The notes beneath the pieces are model-generated. The model made no database searches. It saw only the letters and a program-made list of their open reading frames with translations, and had not been told where the DNA came from. From the NCBI RefSeq assembly GCF_009914755.1, contig NC_060926.1: a stretch of DNA of 64,000 nt; one strand, 5' to 3'. This stretch comes from the human T2T-CHM13v2.0 reference genome, Homo sapiens. Position 1 is the stretch's first letter; every line of letters begins with the position of its first letter. Shown one piece after another: positions 42,870 through 58,777 of the stretch. The position numbers were made by a program, and so were the translations under genes.

Positions 42870-44440
42870 TTGTCAAAAGTCTATGGCTATTTCAACTTAA
42901 TTTTTATATATGGCATAAGAGTCTTAGACCATTTTTTTCAAAAATATGGGTATTCAGTTGTTCTAGACCCATTTATAGAAAATATTATCCTTTCCCCCCT
43001 TAAATTATCTCAGTACCTTTGTTGAAAATCAACTGACCAATTTGGGTTCTATTTCTGGACTCTATTCCATTCCATTAACCTCTATGTCTATACTTAAACC
43101 AACAGAGCAAGTCTTAGGAATAGATTTGGAATCAGGCAGTGCAAGTCATCCAAATTTGGCTTTTCAAAATTATTTTGGCTATTTTAGGTCTACATTTCCA
43201 AACAAAGTTTGTAATCAGTTTGCCAATTTCTGTTAAAAAGCTTGTTGGGATTTTGACTGAAATTGCCCTGAACTGACAGACTCGATTTCAGGAGAAACCA
43301 ACATCTTAACAATACTGAATCTTTTAAATCATGATAATGTCTCATCTCTGCATTTATTGAAGTCTTTAATTTATCTCAGCAATGTGTTATGATTTTACGT
43401 ACACAGTTCTTACACATATTACTTAATTTAACTCTAAGTATTTCATACATTTTGGGATGTTATAATCAATGGCATTGCTTTCTAAATTCCAATGTCCAAC
43501 TGTTCATTCCTAGCATATAGAAATACATTTGATTTAATCTCAGTATGTCAAAGAAATATTTGCATTACCATGTTTATTACATCATTTCACAATAGCCAAG
43601 ATATGGCATCAACCTAAGTGTCCATATTTTCTTATTACACTCATCAAATGATAACCATCATGATGAGGAAGTTCTTTTCTACTCAGTTGCAGAGAATTTT
43701 TATAATATGTGAAAGCTGAATTATGTCAAATACTTTTTCTGAAACTTTAAAGACAGACTAAAATCTTTTCTTTTTTAGTCTGTTAATATGGAAAATTACA
43801 TTGTGATGTTTTTTCACCCAATGTTAAACCAACTTTAAATTCCTAAGATAAATCCCACTTGGTCATGATATATTATCCTTTTTATATATTCCAGATTCAA
43901 TGTGTTAAAATTTTAAGGACTTTTGCATCTGCATCATGAAGAATACCGTTATGCAGTATTTTTTTCTTGTAATGTCTTTGATTTTGGTGTCAGAGTAATG
44001 CTGAATATAATAATTTGTTTGGAGGCCTCCCTCCTCCCTTTTCTATTGTCTGGAGGAATTTGTTCCTTTAGTGTTTTTCTTAAATTACATTTTCCTTAAA
44101 TATTTGACAGAATTTACCAGTGAAGTCATCTGGAGTTTTCTTTGTGGGAAGGTTTTTAACTTCAATTTCAATTCCTGGAATAAATGTGGGCTATTCAGAG
44201 TGTATATTTCTTCCTGAATGAGAGTCAATAATTTCTATTTTTTATTTCATCTAGCTGAATTTGACATAAAGTTGTTCAAAATATCCCCATATTATGCCTC
44301 CAATGGCTACAGGATTTTTAGTGATTTCCGGTTTTTATTCTAGATGATGCCAAATTATGTGTTCTTTTAATATTGATTGATCTTGCTAGAGGTTTATCTA
44401 TTTTATTGATCTTCTCATATAATCAGTCTTCGATTTCACT
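42870..44440 (-). mobile_element. Old L1M ORF2 fragment (probably extends left to ~41450)
   Basis: Antisense L1 motifs: gtacctttgttgaaaatcaactgacc, gttgggattttgactgaaattgc, cctaagataaatcccacttggtcatgatatatt, gaatttaccagtgaagtcatctgg. Confidence 0.8.
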
Positions 44441-45641
44441 TACTAATGGTATGCCCAACAAGGCATACCATCCCATTAGTAAGTAACTGTGGCCATCTAA
44501 GATGAAAAAACAAAACAAAACCCTGTTTTGGGTTTCAATTTATATATTATAATTTTCCCAAATGGATAAAAAGTTGTTAGGGCACAAATCATTATTAAGT
44601 TGTTTGGACCTTACTACTTAATAAAATGAAACTTTTCAGTATTACTTTTAGCCCTAAATGAACTTTGACAAAATTATTAAGACACTACAGTCACAATGAA
44701 CCAAGAAAGTTTGGGAAACACTGAGCTAGGTAATAAAATGTAATTTGTATTTCTTTTACACTTGCATTAGTGAAACGAAATATTAAACAAAAAAATCATT
44801 AGACATTTGTTTGCTGTCCTTTCAAATGATCTATTTCATGCCTTCACCTATTTTTAAATTATGGTCTTACTGCTTTTGTCTTTCTGAATAAATTGATCAG
44901 AAATTGATCTCTGTATATATTAACGCCTTTGACTTATTTCTTGACTTACCTATTTGACTTATGCTTTTTTTGAGGTTTAGAGGTTTTACATTTTCTTGTG
45001 GTCAAAATTGTTGGTAGTTTCCCACGTTGTGATTTCTTTACTGTTTTAAGTTTTAAAATTCTGCCTGATATGGAATTTTTTAGAAATATCCACACCTACT
45101 TTTTTTTTCTAAATCTTTAGAAGTCTTAATGACTCTAGGTTTATTTTTTTAATGAAATGATTAAGTGGGAAAAGAATATTTTAGAAAGGAAACAGATCTC
45201 TACCTGAAAAGTGAGATATCTTTCAAAGAGAATCTCTTTATATGAAATCATTTCAGGATAATTAGGTGTCTGTCAAAAATCATTACAGTAAAATAACTTT
45301 TATCTCTCTAAGGACAGTTTACTAAAGTAGTTGAGGGTGGGGGGATGAATGTTAAATGTTTAAACAAGTCTGTGAGACAGTATATTTAATGCAGATTTCT
45401 TAGAGATTTACAATGTATATGAGCATTATCAGAGGTTCTTTTGGATGTTTAGCTTCAATAACAAAAAAGCAAACAGACAAAACTTATTTAACCCAACGTT
45501 TTCCAAAAAAACTAAATATAGTACAATTTTTTATTTTAGCAACTATTAATTTCGCAAGTAAATATTTTTTTGTGAACATACTGTGAAGAACACTGCATTA
45601 TGACAATAAAAGAGGCAAAAAAAAAGCCAGCATTAGTACTA

Positions 45642-45964
<323 letters not shown>

Positions 45965-47089
45965 TAATACTGTTTACTCTTCTTTAACAGGATGTGCCAG
46001 GTGTTGAGCAAAGACATCTAGTTCCTTTAACATAAATTTCTTGAGCACCTCCAGTATTCCATGTCCACGTTCTAGGTGCTGTAGATACAGCACTGAACGA
46101 GACAAATGTCATTCCTGCATCCACAGAGCTAACATTATTAACCATCCAAATATTGCCATTTGTTTTATAATGTAATAACAATGTTCAAAGTAAACTGAAA
46201 ATCTTATACAGGACACAAACACCAGGAAAAATTGTATATAAAAAAGTATGTATGGGACCTTTAAAGTAAAATCACAGACATTTGAAAGCAAAAGAAAACT
46301 GCTTTTTATTGTTTTGGGCACTCTGGAAGAAAAATAGTCACAATTCAAACAAGAAAATGTCTTATGTAAGATTATTTTTATAAGAGTCTAAGTTGTTGGC
46401 ATCTACTTTTCTATCACTTTAAGTTAACACATTTCCTCAGATTTCTTGAACTTAACACCTAAAATAAGGAAGCAAAATGGGACGAAGCAAAATATACATT
46501 GTAACATATTTTGGCAGTGTAACAGTTATGCTTCCCCAGCATTTCCTTACCACATAAAATATTTTATTGCTTATTTTGAACATTGCTAATAAAATAATTA
46601 AACAATAAATGGAAGTAGATGCTTAATCTCTCTAAATTTTTACACTTCTGTTAAAAATATATACATATCAATTGTTTATTCATACAACATGTATTTACCA
46701 GCTGCCTAAAATGTGGCATATATAATCATAATAATAAACATTATATTCAAAAACCATTTAACCCCTAGGGATGCTCACTTCTTTCACTGTAAGTGTAACA
46801 TAAGTCATTTAACAGATTGGTTGATGAATTTAGGAAAAAGAGCTAGAGAAAGTATAAAGGTGCAAAAAGTTTTAATGTGGCCAGGAGATGGTACAGTAAA
46901 ATCTAAGACACAAGGGAAACAGCAGATATATTTGATACTGTTTCATTATTACAAATGTGCAAAATATTCATTATGGGGAATAAAAAGTAAACAGAAAGGC
47001 TAGTAAGAATTTACTAGGCATACAGATTAAATGAATAATCCAAATTATATAGACTCTTCCTTTTAATGAGATTTCAATTAATCAAACCA

Positions 47090-49746
<2,657 letters not shown>

Positions 49747-52700
49747 TATTTCCTTTCATCTGACTTTCTATATTACAAGAACTCAGGCTTATGAGTAAGC
49801 AAATAATTTGGATAGCAAACAGCTCCCAAAATAATCAATTCAGAAGCAAATAGCTTGCTCTAACTTATGGAATATTCATATAAAGAATATGTATTTGTAT
49901 ATCCAGAATGTGGTTTCTTACTTGGATCTCAAATTCTAACCCTAATGCCAGTTGTGTGTGAAGCCTAGGTTACGTTAAATTAGGAAATAGTTGTACCTAA
50001 CTCACAGCATTTCTGTGAGTATATATTTTTTTTAATCCATATGGAAAACTCAAGGTACTTAACACACAATAAATGCTCAATAAGTGGAAAATCTTTTTTT
50101 TTCCCTGTAGCAGTCAACATCTTCTAACATATTATATGATTTTTTAACTGATTCTTGCCCGTCTCCCCTTATTAAAATGTAAGCTCCACAAAGACAGTCT
50201 TGCAGTCCACAATCTCACAGAGCTTACATTCGAGTGAGGTGGGATGGCACAGACAACATGTGTATAAACTAAACACCAACATAACCACAGATTCTGATTC
50301 AAGCTTTTTATTAAGATAGAGATAGCAAAATAGAACTAAGGGGATGCTTCTGGTAGGTTGCTTATGGATGCCACTATTTTCAAAGAGATGACATTTAAAC
50401 TAACATCTGAAAGATAATAAGGCAACTATGCCAAGATCTTGGGAAAACGCTGAAGGTGTTGACTTCTAGGATCATCCATTAGTTCAAAAACAGTAGGAAA
50501 GAATAAAGAAACCTCGGGTTGCAAAGAACCCAGAGTGAGGCGTAAAGTAGTAGAAGATCAGACAGTAGAAGTGGGCAGAACCACCAAAGGCCATGATTAG
50601 TAGTTTGATTTTATTATAAAAGCAATGGAAAACCATTAAAATATTTTAAGAAGAGGAGTGACATGATTTAAATCAGATTTTAAAGTAACATTCTGGTTGC
50701 TATCTGGAGAATAGATTGGGAAGCAGGAGTATAGTGGCTGAGAGCAGAGACCCTAGATTCAGACAGACCAGAGCTTATATCTCAGCTTTCATGAGTATAT
50801 TGGAAGTTGGATAAAATGTAAACATATAGTTATCACGGTATGATTTTTTTTGCTATATCAGATCATAATTTTTAAAGTACTCTCACAAATATAATTTATA
50901 CTATTGTTAGATTTATTTTGTTCTAAGCTGCTATATGTCTTCAAGCCTCATGATAGATTTTTGTTTATAAGAGCATGATACAATTCTTGTTTTATTGTGC
51001 TGTGGGTGTGTATGTGTGTGTTTGAAATCTAATCCAATAATACATTGTTGCCAAACCATGGAAAATAAAAGAAAAATAAGGTGAAAGTATAATCTGTATA
51101 AGCTGAGGAGGCATACATGTAATATGTAAAATGACTGCGTGAGGACATTAGGTAACATCTCTTTCTTTAAACTTGACTCTACTTATCTGCAAAATAAGGC
51201 CCTTAACATAATGCTTGTCACAAAATAAGAACTTATTAAATATACCCATAATTTTTAATTTTTGTAATAGACTAATACTTATCATGTACTAGGAAACATA
51301 CTCAACCACCATTGACCTCCATGAATCTTTAAAACCTTTCTAGTTAATATAAGAATATTCAAATAAAATAATCTGTCCATTAATTCATTCAATCAATATG
51401 GTATATAAGGGATGAAGATGCAAAATCTCTTCTTTGAGATGCTGGATCTAGGACCTTTTATTCTTATCCAGTTGCTTATAATCATTATCATCATATTTCT
51501 ATACAATTTAAAAGGACTCCACTCTGATAGATTTCTGATACCTTACATAAAACTTTAATTATATTCTAAATATATTTTACATGCTTATGATGAATGATAC
51601 TTGGTTTTTATCTTTCTTATTTGTCTGATTTTCTACCATTTGAGAGTTTTCTTACAGTATTTGGCAAGATAGTATAGGCTGTGGATGAACAGGTTTCTTT
51701 GACTCACATACACAGATCAAGTAGGAAAAATTGAAAGAAATGGTAAAGGTTAGGTTAGAAAAAAACATCCAAACAAAACACACCACACACACACACACAC
51801 AAGTCCCAGTGTGTCATGCCCTTCTGGATACTAGGTGAGTAATAAAGTTTGTGTGCAGCCTCTCCACTTCTGTTGTGGAGTTCCAAACATGCCAGGCCTG
51901 CAGACTCATGGTGTGGAAGGGAAAATGTGAAATGGCCAAAGTTAAGACTGTCCACACTAAATCCATGCAGGGTACAAAACTGTGGTAGCAAGCTTTGGAA
52001 TGAGGACAGTGTAGATTATTCAGAACAATGAGAAAGCAGCTAAGAATCTTGTCCATTTCTTTAGAACTCCTGATAATAAAGGAGGAAGGAAAGCTTCCTA
52101 CAATAAATTGATCTTCTAAATGACTTGCACCAAAGTGAAAAGAGCTGCATAGAATTATAAAAGAAAGGCTTATTAATTCCTTCTAGAAATAGGGTCTGAA
52201 AGAAGCATGACTACTACAATTCATAAAAGATGTGATTGTATATGCTATTAAAAGTTTTACTTTCTTTTATTAGAAACAATAATGAAGAGTAGATACATAA
52301 TGGTTATTGGTCTGGGGTAGGGGGAAAGAGGCGTTCTACCTGGTGGAAATCAAATGGGCTGTCTTACAGCCGGCCTGACTGAAAGTGGCTTTTACCTTCT
52401 AGGTAAATTTAAATGAGTAGGACCTCAAGTGTGTGTTTTAAGAGTCAAGAATGAAAATATTAATCCCATCTCCTTTCTTCAGTGTTTATTGCAAAGCATA
52501 CAGTGAGGCACCAAAGGCATCAGTATCAGAATTTGATGGATGAAATCAGCACAGCACAGTTATGCAAATCATGTGTGCAACTGACACTGCTTGTGTAATT
52601 ATCAGTATAATCCACCTCTATCAGCCACCTCCAGGAAGGAAAGGAGGGGCTAAGGGTGGGGAAAGTTCACACTTGGGAGATCACCCAGAAAGTGGGCCAG

Positions 52701-52880
52701 GTGCCAGGTCTACAATCAGTTTAAAATAGTTCCTTCTCATGAGAAGCCTGCAAGACAAATTATACTACATTTAATGCACCATCACTATTATGAATGAGCT
52801 GCACTGGATTCAATTTCTAAACCAGCATAATTTAATTCAATGTTTCTATCCTTAAAAAAAAAAAAAGTCATGGTGGTCTG

Positions 52881-53196
52881 TTTTGTTTTGTTTTCTTTTC
52901 TTTTCTTTTCTTTTTTGAGACAGAGTCTCACTCTGTCACCCAGGCTGGAGTGCAGTGGCAGGATCTCTGTTCACTACAAGCTCCGCCTCCCAGATGCACG
53001 CCGTTCTCCTGCCTCAGCCTCCCGTAGCTGGAACTACAGGGGCCTGCCACCACGCCCAGCTAATTTTTTTGTATTTTGAGTAGAGACGGGGTTTCACCGT
53101 GTTAGCCAGGATGGTCTCGATCTCCTGGCCTCGTGATCTGCCCGTCTCGGCCTCCCAAAGTGCTGAGACTACAGGCGTGAGCCACCGTGTCCAGCT
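52881..53196 (-). mobile_element. AluY/Sc-like SINE
   Basis: (TTTTG)/(TTTTC) tail then Alu reverse complement with gtgttagccaggatggtctcgatctcc. Confidence 0.94.
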
Positions 53197-55008
53197 GGTC
53201 TGGTTTTAAAATAATGTAAATATGAAAACAACCGATTATCATAATCTTCTGGCCAAGTACCTAATTTTCAGAAATTTTTGTCCTCAATCATTCCACAAAA
53301 CTATCACTACTATTAATATCCAAAGGTGTATAACTTGCAGCTATCCCATCTTATACAAAACATTTTGCATGATACATACACTGAAGAAGTTATTTATGTA
53401 CTTTTTTTCTGGAAGTCATTACAAAAAAAAAAAGTGAAGTAATATGGAAGCAAATGGATGAAGGATTGAGGGAAAAAGAATTATAAGAAAGACAAGAAAG
53501 AGCAGACCACAACACTCAAAAGAAGAAGGGAAGATAATTTAAATAAAACAAAATAGAAACTGGTGTATTATAAAAGAGAGTAAGTGATGACAAATGCTAC
53601 AGTACATTAGAAAATACTTTAGCTTATGAAATCACTGATCAGTTGTCAATTTAAAGAAACGATGTGATTGTGATAATAAATTCCTTAGTAAGAGACAACA
53701 ATGCGTTTGAGGGTACACTACTCTCATGACAAATTAAGAGACTATTTCTAAGAGATTTAAAACTAGAGCAACTAACATTATGTTGTTTCTTTAAACAATA
53801 TGGTCAAAGATGAGCTCCATCTTGATCCAAGCCACATGGTAATTTTTTTTTTTTATTTTTAAGAAATTTGAAGATATGAAGAAGACCATCTTGTCTTACC
53901 AGTTTCTCTGAGGGCATGTAGCATATACCTTAAAAATGCATGTTAGTTTGAAATTCTATTAAAGATAAATGTGGAAATATATTTAAACATAGGATGAGTC
54001 ATAATACTTTACAGGAATTTTCTCATAATAGGTGAAGGCATAACTGAACAAAATATAAACTAGGCTATTTAATTGGGATTTTTAAAAGTCAATATTAGGA
54101 ACTAGTATAAGCATTCAATATTTCTGAGCTATTTTTGTGGATAAAATATAGTCCTTGGAACTATAGGGACTTGAAAAATAAAGATAGTCCATATATATAT
54201 ATATACTAAAAATGTTTTTTAGTTGGGAGGAAGTTGTTGTTTTAACAGATGGGGATTTATATGGTACATCTGGTCCAGTTCCTTTTTATGGAACAGAATA
54301 GCTTTAAACTGACAATTAGACATAAACAACAAACTTCATAAGCTGAAAATTGTCAAACACTGAGTAGGTCACAAAGTAGTGTTGTAAAAATCAACATTCC
54401 TAAAGTGTTTGGAAGTAAGATAGATACATGTTCAGTATAGTTTAGGCATATCAACCCTAAGTCAAAAGAACTTTGACATTGTAAGGTTCCTCAAATCTCT
54501 CTTACTCCAAAGTTATGTGATACAGATAACTAATTTTACAAAGTAGTTATTTTTAAGTGATATACACAAATAAATAATTATATCATATGCTCAATGCTGG
54601 TTCAATTGAAAGCTGAGGTTTTACTTAGAATTTAATAGCATTATTGAAAATATGAAATAATTATTTTCTTAAAATGAGGATGAACAAAAATATTAGAAAA
54701 CAATTCCTTTACTTATTTTCTTACTTAAGGACATTTTACTTATAAATCTTTGAAAAATAACTTAGTTTTAGAACAAGTATCTTAAATATATGGTTCTCTT
54801 AATAAGTATTTGGCTTTTTTAGATTTATAAGAGACAATGAATAAATGTCTTTGGGAAATTAAGATTTTTAATTTTCAAATGTATTTGGATGATTCCGTTT
54901 TTGAGCAATACATAATTTTCATAGTAATCTGAACCAGTATAATTCTTAGCCAAAATTGAATTTTTCATCTGGTAGAAAAATATTTTGAGACTCTATGAGA
55001 TGCATTCT

Positions 55009-55217
55009 GTTTTTTTAACTTTTATTTTAAGTTCAGAGGTACATGTGCAGGTTTGTTATATAGGTAAACTTGTGTCATGGGTTTTTTTTTTTTTGGTATA
55101 AATTATTTTGTCATCCAGGTATTAAGGCTAGCACCATTAGTTATTTTCTCCTGATTCTCTCCTTCGTCCCACCCTCTACTCTCCAATAGGCCCCAGTATG
55201 TGTTGTTCCCCTCTATG
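55009..55217 (-). mobile_element. 5'-truncated primate L1PA 3' end
   Basis: aacttttattttaagttcagaggtacatgtgcaggtttgtta...tgttgttcccctctatg; imperfect TSD gagatgcattct / gagacacattct. Confidence 0.88.
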
Positions 55218-55670
55218 GAGACACATTCTTACTCATCATTTTTCTCTTTATAATTTATAAAAAGAAATGTTTAACACACATATATGTTTCTCATATATTA
55301 AAATTATACACTCTTCTGTTTTAAACCTTTAATTTGGGTACAGCATAAGAGTATATACAAAATATACCTGAAATGCTAATTAGAAAAAACATGTAATTCT
55401 ATTTCCTCCTAGAATTTTTAAAATAACAAGTATGCTAAATATTATTTTGACTAATAGGGGTCCAGGGCTTAATTTAAACACTATCCCCTCAGAGTATTAG
55501 GTATAATAAAGAAAGTAAAAGGTGTAATATATATAATGTACAAAATATAGTAATCAAATTTATAAGAATGAAAGAACTATAATCACCTATAAAACTGAAA
55601 AATCTGAGACAAAACTAATAAAAATCATTTTTGTAGCAGAAGCATTGATTCATCATTAAATAGTCACTTA

Positions 55671-55979
<309 letters not shown>

Positions 55980-56171
55980 CTATGTTAAAAGTTCACATGA
56001 AGCAAAGTAGATGATTTGTATAGTAAATCTCAAGATTACTGAATAGCAAGAGTTTCAAGTATAGACTAATACCTTTTATTTTCCTATAACTTTATGTAAT
56101 GTATCTCTGGGACATGTTTTTAAAAGTGCAGTTCACTTTCTCAGTGGGCTAATAACTTGACTGTAATCTTT

Positions 56172-56437
56172 TTTTGGGGGGGGTGGGGGGATGGAGTTTC
56201 GCTCTGTCACCCAGGCTGGAGTCCGCCTCCCGGGATCAAGCAATCCTCCTGCCTCAGCCTCCCGAGTAGCTGGGACTACAGGCGTGTGCTATCACGCCCA
56301 GATAATTTTTTGTATTTTTAGTAGAAACACGGTTTCACCATGTTAACCAGAATGGTCTCGATCTCCTGACCTCATGATCCGCCCACCTCGGCCTCCCAAA
56401 GTGTTAGGATTACAGGTGTGAGCCACCGTGCCCGGCC
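56172..56437 (-). mobile_element. AluSc-like SINE with internal deletion and G/C-converted tail
   Basis: TSD a(t/c)aacttgactgtaatcttt at 56152-56171 and 56438-56457. Confidence 0.94.
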
Positions 56438-57329
56438 ACAACTTGACTGTAATCTTTAGCTGATCTTTGTTCATAAAACATTTCAATTATTTATTTGTCT
56501 CCCCTTTCCCTCTTCTCCTTCCCCTTCTTAAAATGTCATTTACATTTCACATAAAAAAAGTTATTATTTTTTTCTTTCTTAGACACTTCAAGGCTATCAG
56601 ATGTAGGATATCAGACATTAGTAGACAAGAAATATTGGCACTGTGAAGACTCAATATAAACCTTAAGATGTTAATTCGGTTTCATGAAAACTTATTTTAA
56701 AATAAACTAGGGCAAAATACTAAAACAAACAAACAAACAAACAAAAAGAAGTAATTTGGAGGGAGTGGAGACTACTCTTTAAGGTGTGGTAGTAGTGACT
56801 GATCAGCAAAATCCAGGGAGAAAAGATAACACATTGTAGTTCGCATCATATAATAGCAGCACCAGGAGATTTAAAGAGTAAATTAAGTGACTTGACAACG
56901 TCCCATAGCTAATTTGCAGCAAGGCCACCCTAAAACCCACATGCCTTGATCTCCTGACTTCTAGACAGCACATTTTTTTTTTCAATCATTAGGAGTTACT
57001 TCAGTAGAGTTAAAGCTTTATAGAATAAACATACGAGCTGTGTCATTTATCACTTAGCAGGGTGGTGATGAGCACAAATTGTGGAGTTTGCTGCCTTAGT
57101 TTAAATCCAGGGTCTGCCTGTGTGACTTCTTTTCTGCCTCAGTGTACAATAGGAATAACCAAAGTGAGAGGTTCTCATAATGAACCTGCCTCTCCATTCT
57201 CTTTGTAAAACATACTAATGGATAACCAAAAACACTGAATTCTTGGAGCTCATAGGTTCTTCTTTGGTATGTCCGAGTATACTTCTAGCAGTTGAGCTGT
57301 ATGTGTAGTCACTAAGAGTCAGGTATGAC

Positions 57330-57830
57330 TGTAGCAAAACCTATTTATGCCAGTTTACCTGCTATAATTATTTCCAACGAAATAATTACAAAAAGAATAC
57401 TGTTTCTATGAAACCAAATTTTACCACTTTGAAAAGATTCAATAAAGATAAGCTGATAAAAATATTTCTAAAGAAGTGAATGTGGGCAAAAATAATCATA
57501 AAAATTAGTGAAAAAATCTTTAAAAATGAATAGAAGTCTGACTGCTTCACAGGATCTTTAAGTTCTTAAAGACACTGAAAATGTAACTAAAGATAATGTG
57601 TTATGGGTATGGTTTAGACCAGAAAAATTACATGCTATTCAACAACCAAATTTCTCACTGAAAGAAAAGAGCTTGGCCTTAAATAAAAAAATAAATAACA
57701 AAATATATATTACATTTATATTTTTTAAAGTAAAAACTTTTCAAAACTGCATTTTCCATGTTACTAGACTTATTGCTATTAATCTACAATCTCTTTTTGC
57801 TTATGTTAGATAAAAAGGTTTTTTATTAAA
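57330..57830 (+). mobile_element. Ancient Tigger (Tigger13-like) fragment
   Basis: Reading DNVLWVWF...LKEKSLALNKKI resembles the CENP-B/Tc5 HTH (DxALWxWF...ILKEKALAL). Confidence 0.55.
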
Positions 57831-58020
57831 GAAACCATGGAAAATGCTTAGTACAGTGTCTACTGTCTAGGGAAAGCTCAAGAAATTCCAGATAAATAAC
57901 CTAACTACCAGGCCTATGCAATAAAAACCAAGACACTACTTGGTGTCCTCTAGAGGACAAGAAGAGTTCCTAAGCAGAAAAATACCACCTTGTACAGGGA
58001 TCATGCAAGGTAAATGAAAT

Positions 58021-58046
58021 ACACACACACACACACACACACACAC
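58021..58046. repeat. (AC)13 microsatellite
   Basis: Direct reading. Confidence 0.95.
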
Positions 58047-58388
58047 CCCTAGTATTTACTTAATACATATTGTATTCCAGATATTTTTCAAAGTATTTTT
58101 CATTTCTTAAACTGTAACATCTATCACAGTAATGTATTCATGCACATCAGTGCTGGGCTTGTTGTTACCAACCTACTAAATGAAAATCAAGATGAGAAAT
58201 TTTTAAGTCTACAATATAGGAAGCAGAAATGTGGTATTAATATCCAACATGATAAATAACAATACAATAAAACAATGGACAGTTATTACCTGGAGGAAAA
58301 AGGGAGGCTAATACTTTCTACCAATAATAATATTCATAAAAACAGAGATTAAATTTAAAATCATTATATTCCCCTTAATACTCTATAT

Positions 58389-58730
58389 CAGCAGTTCCCA
58401 ACCTTTTCACCACCAGGGACCAGTTTCATGGAAGACAGTTTTTCCACAAATGACAGGTGGTGGGGGAATGATTTCAGAATGAAACTATTCCACCTCAGAT
58501 CATCAGGCATTAGATTCTCATAAGGAGCACACCAAGTAGGTCCCTTGCATGCGCAGTTCACAATAGGGTGCGTGCCTATGAGAATCTAATGCTGTCACTG
58601 ATCTGACAGGAAGAGGAGCTCAGGCAGTAATGCTTGCTCACCGCTGCTCACCTCCTGCTATGCGGCTCAATTTGTAAGAGGCCACCCAGTGACTGGTACT
58701 GGTCTGCAGCCAGGAGGTTGAGGACCCCTG
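58389..58730. mobile_element. MER1B hAT-Charlie MITE
   Basis: TIR-like ends cagcagttcccaacc / ggttgaggacccctg; 8-bp TSD ctctatat / ctctatac; body aaactattccacctcagatcatcaggcattagattctcataaggagc. Confidence 0.9.
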
Positions 58731-58777
58731 CTCTATACTAGTAATTTTAAGCACTAGTTCTTAAATTTTAGTTAATC

